A DNA stretch of 64,000 nucleotides. Origin: Tubulanus polymorphus (taxonomy: Eukaryota; Animalia; Nemertea). The notes under the pieces were generated by a model, which saw only the letters and a list, made by a program, of their open reading frames with translations, had not been told where the DNA came from and made no database searches. The stretch lies in the NCBI RefSeq assembly GCF_964204645.1, contig NC_134027.1, forward strand, positions 22,406,560 through 22,470,559, in the 5' to 3' direction. Positions 1 to 11,957 of this stretch are shown one piece after another; within the stretch, counting starts at the first letter, position 1; each line of letters begins with the position of its first letter. Both the position numbers and the translations under genes were made by a program.

Positions 1-224
1 CATTGTCTAAACCGGTCTACAAAACCCGGCCCAAGTTATTAATCAAACCGCTGGAGCCGGTTGGAGAGTTGAAAAATTGAGTCGTCGGACTTAAACCATA
101 AAGTTGGATCGAAAAAGTACGCTGAATAACTTTAGTTTGAATTCTTTAGTCATTTTTTTGTCGAAAACGCCGATTCAACTCTGTGCGCTTCGACTATACC
201 CGGACTGGTTTTTCGGTGGAAAAA

Positions 225-3200
225 ATGAAAGCAATGGAACTTATGATGATCAATGTAGCCGTGTTACTGCAATCCACTTCGGTGATTAGCATCGACGGTG
301 TGACGTCGTCGTATAAGCTCGTGGCGTCGCAGCCGGAATCAGGAGGGTCTGCACAACTGGCATCGTTGGCGACCAGAAGCAAAGTTGAATGCGCTAACCG
401 TTGTTCCAAAACGGAGCATTGCCAGTCGTTTTCTTACGTCTCGTCGCAGTGCATACTTTGGACTGAACACTGCCCAGCGCCTGACTCAAAGAATGGGAGA
501 CGTTGTTATTCGTCGATACGAACGCAAGTAAGTACGCCCGCATTTCTGTTGTAGCTACTTACGGTATTATTCTTTAAAAGATCATTTTACGATTGTTTCT
601 TTCTGGCGGCCGTTTTTCTGCGTAAAAAGAAAAATGGCCGCCATTGAGAGAAATGATAAACCTAAATATATATTTTCTACTGCGTGATTGGTCCACGGCA
701 GCAAAAATGGCTAGCTGGAAAGGACAAAAATCAATGAAAGGCATGAATAGAAAATGAATATCTGTACTTCTCGGCCATTTTTACACGCAGAAAAAAATGA
801 CCACCTGAAATGATGATGTCGTAGGTACTGGTACCTTTGAATATAATGATTACCAAGAGTCTTTTTGTGAAGTACTCCACGTTCATCCATGAACTATAAA
901 TGTGTGTACTTGTAAAAGAATCGGTAATTGATAAGACAAAATCCATAACTAAACATATACGAATTAAATCCAGGAAGAAAGACACTAAATATTTAGATGG
1001 ATATATGAAAGCTGGGGGTACTGGAGTGTGTAATGGGTAGTGTAGTGTGATCTGTGTGCATTTGTGGCCAGCACACAGATCACATTGTTCATTGGGGTTT
1101 GGTCCAGGACTCACGAGATTTTCAACAACACGGAAGTAACGTGTAATAAATGATGACTTGAATTTCATGACTACCTACCACCCCTCATTATTGTTGGAAA
1201 ACTAAACGTTCCGCACTGACTATTAAATTAACTGACTATTAAACTTAAAAATTAGTAATAACATTTTAGAAATGGCCAGAATTTTAACTTAGGTTCTATC
1301 TCATTTTTATTTTACAATTGGGATTGGTATAAATTTTTTTTTAAACGGCCGTTAAGGCTTCATGTTTCGTCTGCAATTCACTGCAAATAGTTACGCAACT
1401 ACGCACATTTCAGTGTTTTTGGCAGCTGTACGCTCAATCGGCACCGTTCGTGACTAGCTTCACTGCGGAATTATCATTAACTAACATCGCCATATCACAT
1501 CATCAACTTATATTGTGCCTTAAAACCCTTACAGCCGAAATAATTGAAATGCACACACGATTTCTATCATTGAAAATTGAGAGAGTGGCCATGTTTGTGT
1601 GTTCTGCTGCTTCGCGTAAATCCCGCGCGGTGGCGCAACCGCGTGGAGTGGGGCCGATACGTCTAGCAGGATAGCGTGCACTAGTCAGAACATGTACGTA
1701 CCTAAAAAAAGGATCATCCTGTCCCTGCCATTCGAAATAGAACTGATTTAAGATATATAGTGTTTACATCTATAACCGAACAAGGTCCAGCACAGAAACA
1801 ATGGCCACAAATTACACCATCAAATTGTTTAGTTTCATTTCACTCAGCCACGGAACGAATCCCTGCCACACTAGACCGGGTGCGCAGGTGCATGCGCAGG
1901 TTTGCCGCACAAAAAACGACTTGCGGCACCGATGAGATTGCTTGTTGCATAATCGCCTTTGGCAGATTTCAAGGACTATAAAAGGAAAACCTAGGCTGAG
2001 ATGCAATAGGATTTCTGCTTGGTTAATAATGACATCGCCTAAGCTGCGCATGTAGTGTAGAAATGTATCGTTCCGTGGCGAGTCTCGATGCCATCAGGTT
2101 CGATCCCTGTCGAGGGAGGATTGGTTTTATTCAATGTTCTAAATGTCGTTGTACTTTGTAGGAGTGTAGTATTAACTATACAGTCGATGCCGCTTTGGGG
2201 ATATCTTTCCTTGGACAAGACCTCGTCGAACAGATTTTCATATTTCGCGAGCAACGGCTTTTGGTATTCGACAATCTAACGGCGCTGATACGAGGAGATA
2301 TACTCAGTAATTCGAGCATCGGTGAAGTTTTCCTGAACTGGAATCTGTCACGCGTGGATGCAGCCGCTTGTAAAGATACAATTACCTGCTATCTTATTTC
2401 AGGTAAATTAAAGCGTCCTGGGTTCGTTTTTATAGACTGGTATTACCTTTAACCCGGGGACTAACTCAATTCGTTATCGATTAAGCTAGCCCCCCGGGTA
2501 AGGGTATAATACCAGTCTATAAAACCGAGCCCAGGGGATTGCTATAGGAAACAGATTTAAAGAAAGTCATCTTTATCTAGTCGCGGCACTCTCAGGAAAA
2601 TACCCGATCCAGCACGCCAATTTATCCCATTTTTTTTCTGCAACTAAGAAATATAAAATTATTTCCTTGAATCTGTTCAGCTACGTGTTCATTTTTATCC
2701 GTCGTCCTTCCGTCCGTCGTTTTATTTCGAAGTTTTTGACACGCTTAGATGTAAACTCTTGATTTTGGGGTTATGAATATATCTATCCTAGACGCATGAT
2801 CTATCACAGCCCAAAAGGCTGACCCGATCGGAATTACGATTGCAAAACTGTGGCAATTGTTATACGGCGAAATCCCCCAATTGGGTTGAAAAACGTTTCG
2901 ATCAAAATGTCTTTGGTTTAAAAAAGTCATTTTAGGTGTGAATTCTTTGGCCCCTAGCTTCTACATTGTTAGCCATATTATATTGAAAATTGGGTTTCAC
3001 ATCCTCACGGCTTTTTGGATCAGTCGATTTTCACGCAGCCTTGGTTGTAAAGATAAGACTGACAACAAGTAGACAACAGTGGGTTCATGTTTTAAAAACT
3101 CCGAAAGTTCGCTTCCAGAATTGAGATTTGTTTTCGATATGATATGAACTCTTAAATGAAACGGTTATCCCAGGCGACCAGCAGTTTTTACAAAACTGTC

Positions 3201-6200
3201 AGGTCTTTTGATGTAAATCGATATTACTATCGATGTTCATATCATGTGAACGAAATGGTTGCCAATTTGGGTAAGTTCTGATTACCAAACGGGCGGTGTT
3301 CAGTGGTTGGACATCCATCTTACATTGCTAGATCGGCTTTAGAACTAAGTTTGTCCTTGACTGGCCTTAAGTTACTAGATTGGCTATAGAACTGAAAAGA
3401 GCTTAGACTGGTTGTGAGTTGTTAGATTGGCTATAGAACTGAAAGAAGCTTCGACTGGTCGTAAGTTGTTAGATTGGCTATAGAACTGAAAGAAGCTTCG
3501 ACTGGTTGTGAGTTGTTAGATTGGCTATAGAACTGAAACGAGCTTCGACTGGTCGTAAGTTGTTAGATTGGCTATAGAACTGAAAGAAGCTTAGACTGGT
3601 CGTAAGTTGTTAGATTGGCTATAGAACTGAAACGAGCTTAGATCGGTCTTAAGTTTTTTGGTTGGTTTTATAACCAAAATGAGCTCAGACAAGTCTTGAG
3701 TTGTTAGATAGGTTATATAACTAGAATGAGCTGGAGACTGGTGTTAAATTCTTAAATTGGTTATAGAAACCGACCGACCTGTGTATTCCAGTAGCTCCCC
3801 CTCGAAGCTTCCCATTAAAAGTTCGGTTTATATGGTGGTTTATCATTCATTTCCGAACGCGACAGGCTTTACATTTTTGCTTCTTCAATTCATCAACAGC
3901 AAGTCTGAATTTACTGTTGGACAAACAATAGATTAAAAAGTTCATACACGAATCTACCACAGTTAAACCGTTAGCGATTTTTCGCTGAACCAACAGTGTC
4001 TCAAAATTACTTAAACTACCTATAGGAGTGACGGGGATACCCTTAAAGCCCGCATACTGAAATTTCTCCATAAATAACAATGATTCACACCCGATGAAAA
4101 CAACTACAAGAGCAAACGACATTCTCAATGCGCGTAACTCCAACGTGTTGGAAGTTTGATTCTTTATTGCTGAACGACTTTTACCGATTCCTGAAAATTT
4201 GATCACAATTAAAGACAAGATTAGAATGACGTTCAAACTGAGAAGTGCGAACATTGGGGCGATGACACCTGATACAGTGCCCTGCCAGCTTTCTGCATAA
4301 ATCAGCCAATTATTGAAAAAAGGATAGAAGTAAGCATAATACCCGCCTCGCCAAAGAGTAGGATATTTGTCAATACAACGCAAAGGTTCAAGAGTTCGAT
4401 AAGGTAAAAAGAATGGCAGGAAAAAACAAAGACTGAAAGCATTTATCAATAATATGATACAATTCACTACTTTTCGTGTCCAGAACAATCTCGATTTTAA
4501 CGGGAAAATTGTAACTACGAGTCTTTCTAAACTGATAAGAATAACGCACCAGTTTCTGATCTGTCGGAACATATAGAACGGTCCTAACGCGACTACTATA
4601 AATTCCCAGCCATAATGCCAGTCATCTATACGCAGAATAATATCCCTTAAATGTATATAGAGGTGGATGGCGCGTAGAGGGTACAAGACGAACACGCTTG
4701 ACGAATAACATATGTCGAAAATAGCGAGAACTTTGAGTAAATAGTAAACATCTTTGTTCATCTGTTTCAAGGCTAAAATCGTTATGATGTTCAAAACGAT
4801 ACCCGATATGGTGACGGGTCCGTAAAAGAAAATGTACATGTAAACACTGATTTGGTATTCCAAACGGATTGGCATGTTGACCGAGGCGAACATGCAAACT
4901 CCATGATAGACTGGTTTTGTAGTGGTAACAGTAGTTGACAGATCAGTAATGTTTGAATAGCTCATCATTCGTCAAGCGGCTACTCACTCGCGATTCTACT
5001 CGACCCACTGAAATATCAACCGCCTAAACTTCACGGCGTCAGTTGTACCCACCAATTTTCAGTAGCAGGTTGTAATTTGTCAGACGACTGTAAGGCGTTG
5101 GTATATTTCGTCACACCCCGCGGCAAATTTATAGTTGAGCCTATAACTGTATGGAATATGAAAGCTCGATATTTTAAAAACTCTATATGAATATTTTCTC
5201 ATTCAGCTCATGCTATAACGGGAAACTGTCTGTTTCGACTTGACTTGGTGGATTAGCTCGGTCAGTTTTGGTAGTACATATACCTGATAGAAGTCTTATT
5301 AGGACTAGAACGGATTGGCAGTGTTGAACTTAAACATTGATTTTTAATCTCTGAAATGTCCTTCTACCTGAAATGCTCTCAAGTCTAGTTAAAATGGACA
5401 TTAGATTCTGATACTCTTGATTCACGAAAGCCGTAAAAAGCCGTTTCAGGTTGAAATAGACTCAGTTTAGGCGCATGCTGCATCCAGTTCGAAACGGAAA
5501 ATAACGATGTTTTCTGAATGCAGATTTTGCGATATACGTAACTAAATCCTCTGCCTTGGTCGATTCAAAAAGCTCGATATTTCATAAAAGTAGAAACTAG
5601 TTCAGGTTAAGCGTTTGTTAATTTACTTCTGATAAACGCATGACTCACGAAAACCGTATAGTATTTGAAAAGTGCGTTATCGACGACGAAAAGATAGAAA
5701 GAGGCTTTAAAAGTTTTGAAAATAGCCGTTAAACATCGAGAATCTATTTTATCAAAAAAAAATCTAAAAGACGACGTTCCGATCTCGCTATCAAACGTTC
5801 GCTGAATAGAGAAATGATATTCCTGTAGCTTTATTCCAAAAATACCGTTGAAAATTAAACTATACTTCACTATCATTGATGGTGACTGATTCGAAACATA
5901 TCAGTATTTATTTTTCATCCTCCGCGAAAACAAATCTTACCACGCAAACACAAATTATTCGTTTTTTGTACGTTCTGGTGGAGGACGAAACGAAGTTTTA
6001 TCAGGCAGAAAGTTTTCAATCCCCTCTAGCGGTGGTCAGGGTAAGTGGCATATTGAACGACCGACCTGTATATACCAGTAGCTCCCCCTCGAATTTCCCG
6101 TCAAAAGTTGGGTTTCTACCATTTTCACTCATTTTCGAACGCGACAGGTTTTACATTTCTGCGTCCCTGGTTGAACAACAGCGAGTCTGAATTGACTGTT

Positions 6201-7960
6201 AGACAAACAATAGACTTAAAAGTTCATTCGTGAATCTAATTCGGTTAAACCGATTGCGAGTTTTCACGAAACATCAGCGTGTCAAAAAGCATTGAAATTA
6301 CCTAAAAAAAAATGTTTCGGATACCCGGAAAATCCGAATACTGAAATTTTTCCAAAATATCAATGATTCACACCCGGCGAAAACAGTAACAAGAGCAAAC
6401 GACATTCTCAATGCGCGTAACTCACATGTTGGAAGTTTGATTTTTTATTGCTGAACGACTTTACCAATTCGTGAAAATTTGATCACAATCAAAACCACGA
6501 TCAAAATGGCGTTTAAAGTAATAAGTGCAATTATTGGAGCGATGATACTCGACACAGTGCCCTGCCAGTTGATGCAAAACCCTTCCATATAGAAGAGGAG
6601 AGAAGTATCCAAAATCCAAGCCTAGAATATTCTGTGAAAACAACGCATAGGTTCAAGAACTCGATCCGACTAAAACAATGGCAGGTACAAACAAATATCA
6701 TAGATATTTATCAATAATATGATACGATTCACTACTTTTCGTGTCCAGAACAATCTCGATCTTAACGACAAAATAGTAACTACGAGTCTTTCTAAAACTG
6801 ATAAGAATAACGCACCAGTTTCTGATCTGTCGGAACATATAGAACGGGTCTAACGCGACTATTATAAATTCCCAGCCATAATGCCAGTCATCTATACGCA
6901 GAATAATATCCCTTAAATGTATGTAGAGGTGGATGGCGCGTAGAGGGTACATGACGAAAACGCTTGACGAATAACATATGTCGAAAATAGCGAGAACTTT
7001 GAGTAAATAGAAAACATATTTGTTCATCTTTTTCAAGACTAAAATCGTTATGACATTCAAAGCGATGCCCAATATAGGGACGGGTCCGTAAAAGAAAATG
7101 TACACGTGAACGCTGATTTTCTGCGGGCCATCTTAGTTTCATCAGTTCTCGTTCGTATTTCGAGAATGATTTTTTTATTTTAAGAAAATATCAACAGGTT
7201 TTAACTGAGGCGTGTAGTCTTAAAACATTCGATGATTGTTAGCGCTGCAAGAGGAAACATCTCCTGATATGGAACTTTGAATACCCATGGACTGTTCTAA
7301 CCACTAGGTGCAGTTATACATTGGAATGTTTTAATTCATATTGGCATCAATGCATATTCAATAATCCCCAATCAAAACCAAAGTTGAAGATCGTGACGAT
7401 TTCTATGATTTGAGGATTTTCACGGTCATTGGCTTCTTTAAAAGTTCACCAGATGGCGTTGAATGGTGAAATTATATCATTTTTTGTATAGTATTTCAAT
7501 TTTTCTACGATTATTTTGCAATCAAGATTTTTTTTTTCGTAATACAAAACTTTAAGATTAGATTACAGGTATGTTAATTGAGTAAAATGTAAAAATATTT
7601 TCATCCGTTTTCATTTCAGGTTCCAAACTGTTCGAGTTCAGCAGAGCTAATAATTCGGCGACGACATTTGAACAGGGCCCGATCGAATTCACATTTTCCT
7701 CTTTTTCGCCGGATGTCGTTCAAACAGTCGTATCAGCTCACGGATCGGCTAATTTTCAAATCATCTACAACACTACAAACGGCCAACTGAAGACCGCCAA
7801 AGTCAAAACTAACCCGACCAAGCACGTTGGAAAATTAATCAGTGTCCTGGACACTGTAGATGAGTCTATCGCGGCCAAATTCGAATTCGATTCGAAAGTA
7901 ATGAACATTTTCTCGAATGGCAAAATAAAATCGGAACAAGCAAATTCGTTATGCAGTTGA
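225..7960 (+). CDS. Secreted PAN/apple domain + hemopexin-like propeller protein (3 exons, ~294 aa)
   Basis: Exons 225-527, 2162-2402 and 7620-7960 join in frame with GT-AG sites (phase 0, then 1). Hydrophobic N-terminus, then the PAN Cys pattern (ECANRCSKTEHCQSFSY..QCILW). Hemopexin-like blades follow (TVDAAL..IFIFRE; RVDAAA..YLISGSKLFEF), bracketed by an N-terminal Cys (ECS) and a C-terminal Cys (LCS*). Confidence 0.75.
965..1672. mobile_element. Interspersed non-coding repeat family A, copy 1
   Basis: Near-identical reverse-complement copy at ~47040-47722 and a diverged partial copy at ~31070-31380. This explains the duplicated spurious ORFs (MTSFTAELSL..., MKFKSSFITRYF...). Confidence 0.8.
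1841..2120. mobile_element. MITE family B, partial copy
   Basis: Matches 41180-41474 (ctcagccacgg..ccacactagaccgggtgcgcagg..ctaagctgcgc..ccgtggc..ggttcga..ggagga). Confidence 0.7.
2417..2537. mobile_element. Short palindromic MITE
   Basis: Inverted arms cctgggttcgtttttatagactggtatta / taataccagtctataaaaccgagcccagg. Confidence 0.65.
3325..3770. repeat. 47-bp minisatellite, about 8-9 copies
   Basis: Unit ttagattggctatagaactgaaagaagcttcgactggtcgtaagttg recurs at 3422, 3469 and onward. A related motif occurs in the element at 22320-22700. Confidence 0.9.
3847..4968 (-). CDS. Intronless rhodopsin-class GPCR (peptide-receptor-like / invertebrate chemoreceptor type)
   Basis: 373-aa ORF with 7 hydrophobic segments: GIVLN in TM1, LAIFD in TM2, ISLERL..FPLK after TM3, DSCMNFLIY in TM7. 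Confidence 0.92.
   Translation of the reverse strand: MMSYSNITDLSTTVTTTKPVYHGVCMFASVNMPIRLEYQISVYMYIFFYGPVTISGIVLNIITILALKQMNKDVYYLLKVLAIFDICYSSSVFVLYPLRAIHLYIHLRDIILRIDDWHYGWEFIVVALGPFYMFRQIRNWCVILISLERLVVTIFPLKSRLFWTRKVVNCIILLINAFSLCFFLPFFLPYRTLEPLRCIDKYPTLWRGGYYAYFYPFFNNWLIYAESWQGTVSGVIAPMFALLSLNVILILSLIVIKFSGIGKSRSAIKNQTSNTLELRALRMSFALVVVFIGCESLLFMEKFQYAGFKGIPVTPIGSLSNFETLLVQRKIANGLTVVDSCMNFLIYCLSNSKFRLAVDELKKQKCKACRVRK
6128..7116 (-). pseudogene. Pseudogene paralogue of the GPCR at 3847-4968
   Basis: Collinear with ~3845-4850. It has a +1 insertion (ctaaaactg vs ctaaactg, ~6795), further indels and stops, and is missing the 5' end. Homology continues into the 3' flank (6058-6115 vs 3771-3830). 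Confidence 0.88.
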
Positions 7961-8298
7961 ACCTGAGAGAATCCAAGAATGTAAACCACCAGATTTGACA
8001 TTCGATATCTTCCCCCACAATCACAGGATCGAAAAAGATTTCAAAACATCGAAACTACTAAAATCTATTTACAGCCTGGACCCTGAGCACTCTACTGCTC
8101 CATCGGTTTCAAAGATTCTGCCATGTCTGACATTGATTGGGTTTATATACTGCCAGTGGGCATTTAAGTACTTTGCTGGCGCGTTGGTCAAAATCACACT
8201 ATTGACAGAGATTAAAAGAAATTGCCTCCCTGGCTCTAGTTGCTGAAAGGTTGGTTGGAGTCAACCAGTAGATAGTTGACATAGCGACGTTTATGGTT

Positions 8299-8543
<245 letters not shown>

Positions 8544-8657
8544 GATGTTTCGACTTTATCCTAATAGTCATCTTCGGCGAGCACTGAGTGAAACAAAGCG
8601 ACAGTTTAAGTAGTTACAATTGAAGCAAACCTAGGGGTATTACATCATAGAATTGCT

Positions 8658-9156
8658 CTACTGTCTGTCACACCTGCTCTCCGTGCGACGTTTTGGTCCG
8701 TAATTTCGTTAATAATCGGTTTATCTACCTTCATTATGCATGAATTTGTTCAGTGAGGAATTTGCATTCAGAAATAAACAACAATTTTTACTTAAGGTGT
8801 TTTTGTTTTCATTTATGAGCGATAGTTTACTCAGCATACGCTCGCGTAATGCTGAAAAATCCGCTCCGCGGACGCTCAGAAACGTTACTGTGACGTCATC
8901 ACCTGCTCATTAGCATATCAAAATGCAGTAGGTGGCGCCCCGTGACGGGCCATAAAATCCGTTTTTCAGCATTACGCGAGCGTATGCTAGGTAAAATATC
9001 GCTGATAGATGACAATACAAACAAATCTATGCCAGTTTATTTCTGAATTTAAATTCTTCACTGAACAAACTGATGTATTATATTAAGAGATAAACCGATT
9101 ATTAACGAAATAACGGACCAAAACGTCGCATGGAGAGCAGGTGTGACAGACAGTAG
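8658..9156. mobile_element. MITE / foldback element with long terminal inverted repeats
   Basis: ctactgtctgtcacacctgctctcc..cgttttggtccgt at 8658 is mirrored by acggaccaaaacgtcgcatggagagcaggtgtgacagacagtag ending at 9156. Internal arms agcatacgctcgcgtaatgctgaaaaa are also inverted. Confidence 0.85.
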
Positions 9157-9500
9157 TCTAAACGTCGGATGAATAAATTCATAGCTGAAATCAAACATTT
9201 CGGACTTAATATCTTTCGTTATATAAGTGTGGGATTTATGCACACACAGAGTATACTCTGCTCTTTTTAACGGAACCTGTTTCGATAACTAATTGGATTG
9301 GAATTCGAGAAGTGCTAGAACCATTGGGTAACAAAGTAGTGATACTTACGCATCGTGGGATACTGTAGCCTCTGTGAGATGGCAGTTACCAGTACAAACT
9401 CAACAGACGACACCGTTACAGTTTATCGCATGTTTCATCATTCTCGTACTTGGCAGAACGGTGTTTGGTACGGGTTCAATATCTACATACATTTCTGCAT

Positions 9501-9690
9501 GGTATGGTGGCTGATAAGGGCCATAGTGTAAAATTCCTGGTATGTAAATGAGGGCGCCAGAACGCCAGAACGCCAAAACGAACTTTCAGAGAAAATTGGA
9601 CGTTTTTTTTCGTTTTGGCGTTCTGGCGTTCTGGCGCCCTCATTTACATACCAGGAATTTTACGCTATGGCCCTTATCAGCCACCATACC
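9501..9690. mobile_element. Near-perfect palindromic MITE
   Basis: Arms of ~80 bp: ggtatggtggctgataagggccatag..gaacgccaaaacg / cgttttggcgttc..ctatggcccttatcagccaccatacc. Confidence 0.85.
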
Positions 9691-10182
9691 CCAAATACCA
9701 CGATCAACATTCTTCGTTATACAGTTGACAAACTGAAGTATCTACCATATCAAATACAACAGGATGATGGACCTTATTGGGGGTGTTTTAAGGATCACGA
9801 ATAGCGCTGTGAATTTTTTTCATTATATAGTGAATTTGAAGTCATTTCTAGAAGAACTAGTCCGTCTTGTGAAACCATGAGAATTCAAATTGTAACATCG
9901 GGATACGCAGCCCTATGAGTTCACCCCCTCGCTTGCCCCAGGGGTACGGTTTCGCTGCCGAGCTCGCTTCGACTAGCGGGGAACGGCTGAGTTCGAATAT
10001 TCCCTTGACGGTTGAAGATGCCCTGAGTTTAGATTGGCTCGTACGAAGTTAACTCTCACTTTTCATGTCCGACTGTTTTTCCACGATGTGGAAAAAGTTT
10101 TCCATTGTAAATTGTAAAATTGTTTGCTCTCGCTACTAATGTAAAGTATTTATTAGGTTAACATGTGATAAATTCTACACTC

Positions 10183-10316
10183 GGGCTGCAGTTGCTCAAA
10201 AGTTGGTTAAAGATAACCAGTGGATGAATACCAAAGTAACAATTCAGTTTTAGTTGTCACTATGTCAACTATCCGCTGGTTTACTCTTAACGACGTTTGG
10301 GCATCCTGCAGTCCCT
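10183..10316. mobile_element. Short degenerate palindromic MITE
   Basis: gggctgcagttgctcaaaagttggttaa..accagtggat is mirrored by atccgctggtt..ttaacgacgtttgggcatcctgcagtccc. Confidence 0.6.
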
Positions 10317-10979
10317 GGTTACTTGAGTTTTGAAATTATTGTTTAATTTAAACGTACGAACCGAGTATTCATCTTATTCATCCGGGTGTTTTATCAATTC
10401 AACATTTTTTAAACCTATTACGGCAAGCAAAAAGATTATGATTAGAACGTTCTTTTTTCTGACAGTTTCTGAGTCCATCAACAGAGAAACAAAATTGATA
10501 TGATAATAATTATATCTGAACTGATGATTGAGTTGAGATAAACCCCAAAACTATCAGCTGCTGGTATTAGGGTAAGACAGAGAGGAGCGGAGTAGGAATT
10601 GATGGAGTAGGGTAGGGCAAGGTCGATCGGTGTAGATTAGGATTAGATGAAGGGTTAGGATTAGGATTAAAGTTAAGGTGTTTTTTTCGGGGTGTCCAAG
10701 TATCTATATCTATAAATGATTTTCTGGTTTAGATTTGCTAAGACAAACTTAATATTTACGCATTTTGTTTTCCTTGAAATTCGAATAAGACATTGTAGAT
10801 TCAACCACCATCGATCGATACATAGTATATCGTTGGTTCGGGAGCAAACGTACGGGGCCTATATTTTACAACACATTCTGTAGTGGAAATTGCTAGAACG
10901 TGTATGATTTTCTACACTGTATATGTTCTAATTGATTCTTCAAGAACTATAGGCGTGTCCCAGTATCGCACTCGCTAAA

Positions 10980-11957
10980 ATGTTAAACGCTTCGTTTGTG
11001 CATAAATGTTTCCCTCGCATTAGCGTATATTGGCATCTCGTCACAGTGACTGTAATAGGACCGATTGGTTGGTTTGGTCTGGTCTCCAATTCCGTTACGA
11101 TAGTTGTTCTTTATCGGTTCCACAAGATGAATAGCTCCACGACTTCACATTTCGTCTTATTGTTACTCGCCGTTTTTGACATTGTCAGCTGCATGGCAAT
11201 CATCATTTACAACCATTTTACCTGGGTTCTGAAACTAATTCGCCACGGAAAGACCGGACTGTATTTAGACATGGGTTTGGGAGCCCCTGAGCTTTATATA
11301 GCGGGTAACGTAATCTCAAAATGGGGTTCTTACGTTCGTAACGGCCTGACGCTTTTAGTGACGTTCGATCGAGCATTTAACATTTGTTTTCCGCTTAAAG
11401 CTAAACGATATTGGAAGTTGAAACATTGTTATATACTTTCTGCGGTTTGTGTAATCATGTGGACTGGCTTAATTTCTTACCGCGCACAAAATCGAATTGT
11501 TGCGTACGTCAACACGACATGTACGTACGGCTTGTCTATCCGCGATGCAATACCGGTATACACTGCCCCCGCATATTCGTATTTGTTAGAAAACATAACG
11601 ACCACGTATATACCGTTCGTTCTTATACCACTACTGAATACGATTATGATAATTCAACTACGAATTCACGCGCGAAACAGGAAACAACTGACCGGCGCCG
11701 GCTCGACTAAAACTAAACAAGATAAAACTGGTCACAGAATGGTATTTGTTGCATCCGCTTTATTCATGGTGTCTGTTTTTCCAGAAATGACATACAATAT
11801 TTTGATCTTGTACTTGACGTGGTCTGTTGTGTGGCCGGTTTTGCTTTTTAATGATGTTTTCCAAGCCCTTAATTCGTCTGTGAACGGCATATTTTATTAC
11901 GTCTACAGTGAAAGATTTAGACGTGAAATAAAGTTGCTGCGCATCCGAAGGAGATAA
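10980..11957 (+). CDS. Intronless rhodopsin-class GPCR (peptide-receptor-like / chemoreceptor type)
   Basis: 325-aa ORF with 7 TM segments: GLVSN, LAVFD, TFDRAFNICFPLK, NSSVNGIFY..SERFR. Confidence 0.92.
   Translation: MLNASFVHKCFPRISVYWHLVTVTVIGPIGWFGLVSNSVTIVVLYRFHKMNSSTTSHFVLLLLAVFDIVSCMAIIIYNHFTWVLKLIRHGKTGLYLDMGLGAPELYIAGNVISKWGSYVRNGLTLLVTFDRAFNICFPLKAKRYWKLKHCYILSAVCVIMWTGLISYRAQNRIVAYVNTTCTYGLSIRDAIPVYTAPAYSYLLENITTTYIPFVLIPLLNTIMIIQLRIHARNRKQLTGAGSTKTKQDKTGHRMVFVASALFMVSVFPEMTYNILILYLTWSVVWPVLLFNDVFQALNSSVNGIFYYVYSERFRREIKLLRIRRR

Noticed and set aside
3325-3770. CRISPR-like regular repeats
   Set aside because: The units are contiguous with no unique spacers, there are no cas genes, and the context is eukaryotic.
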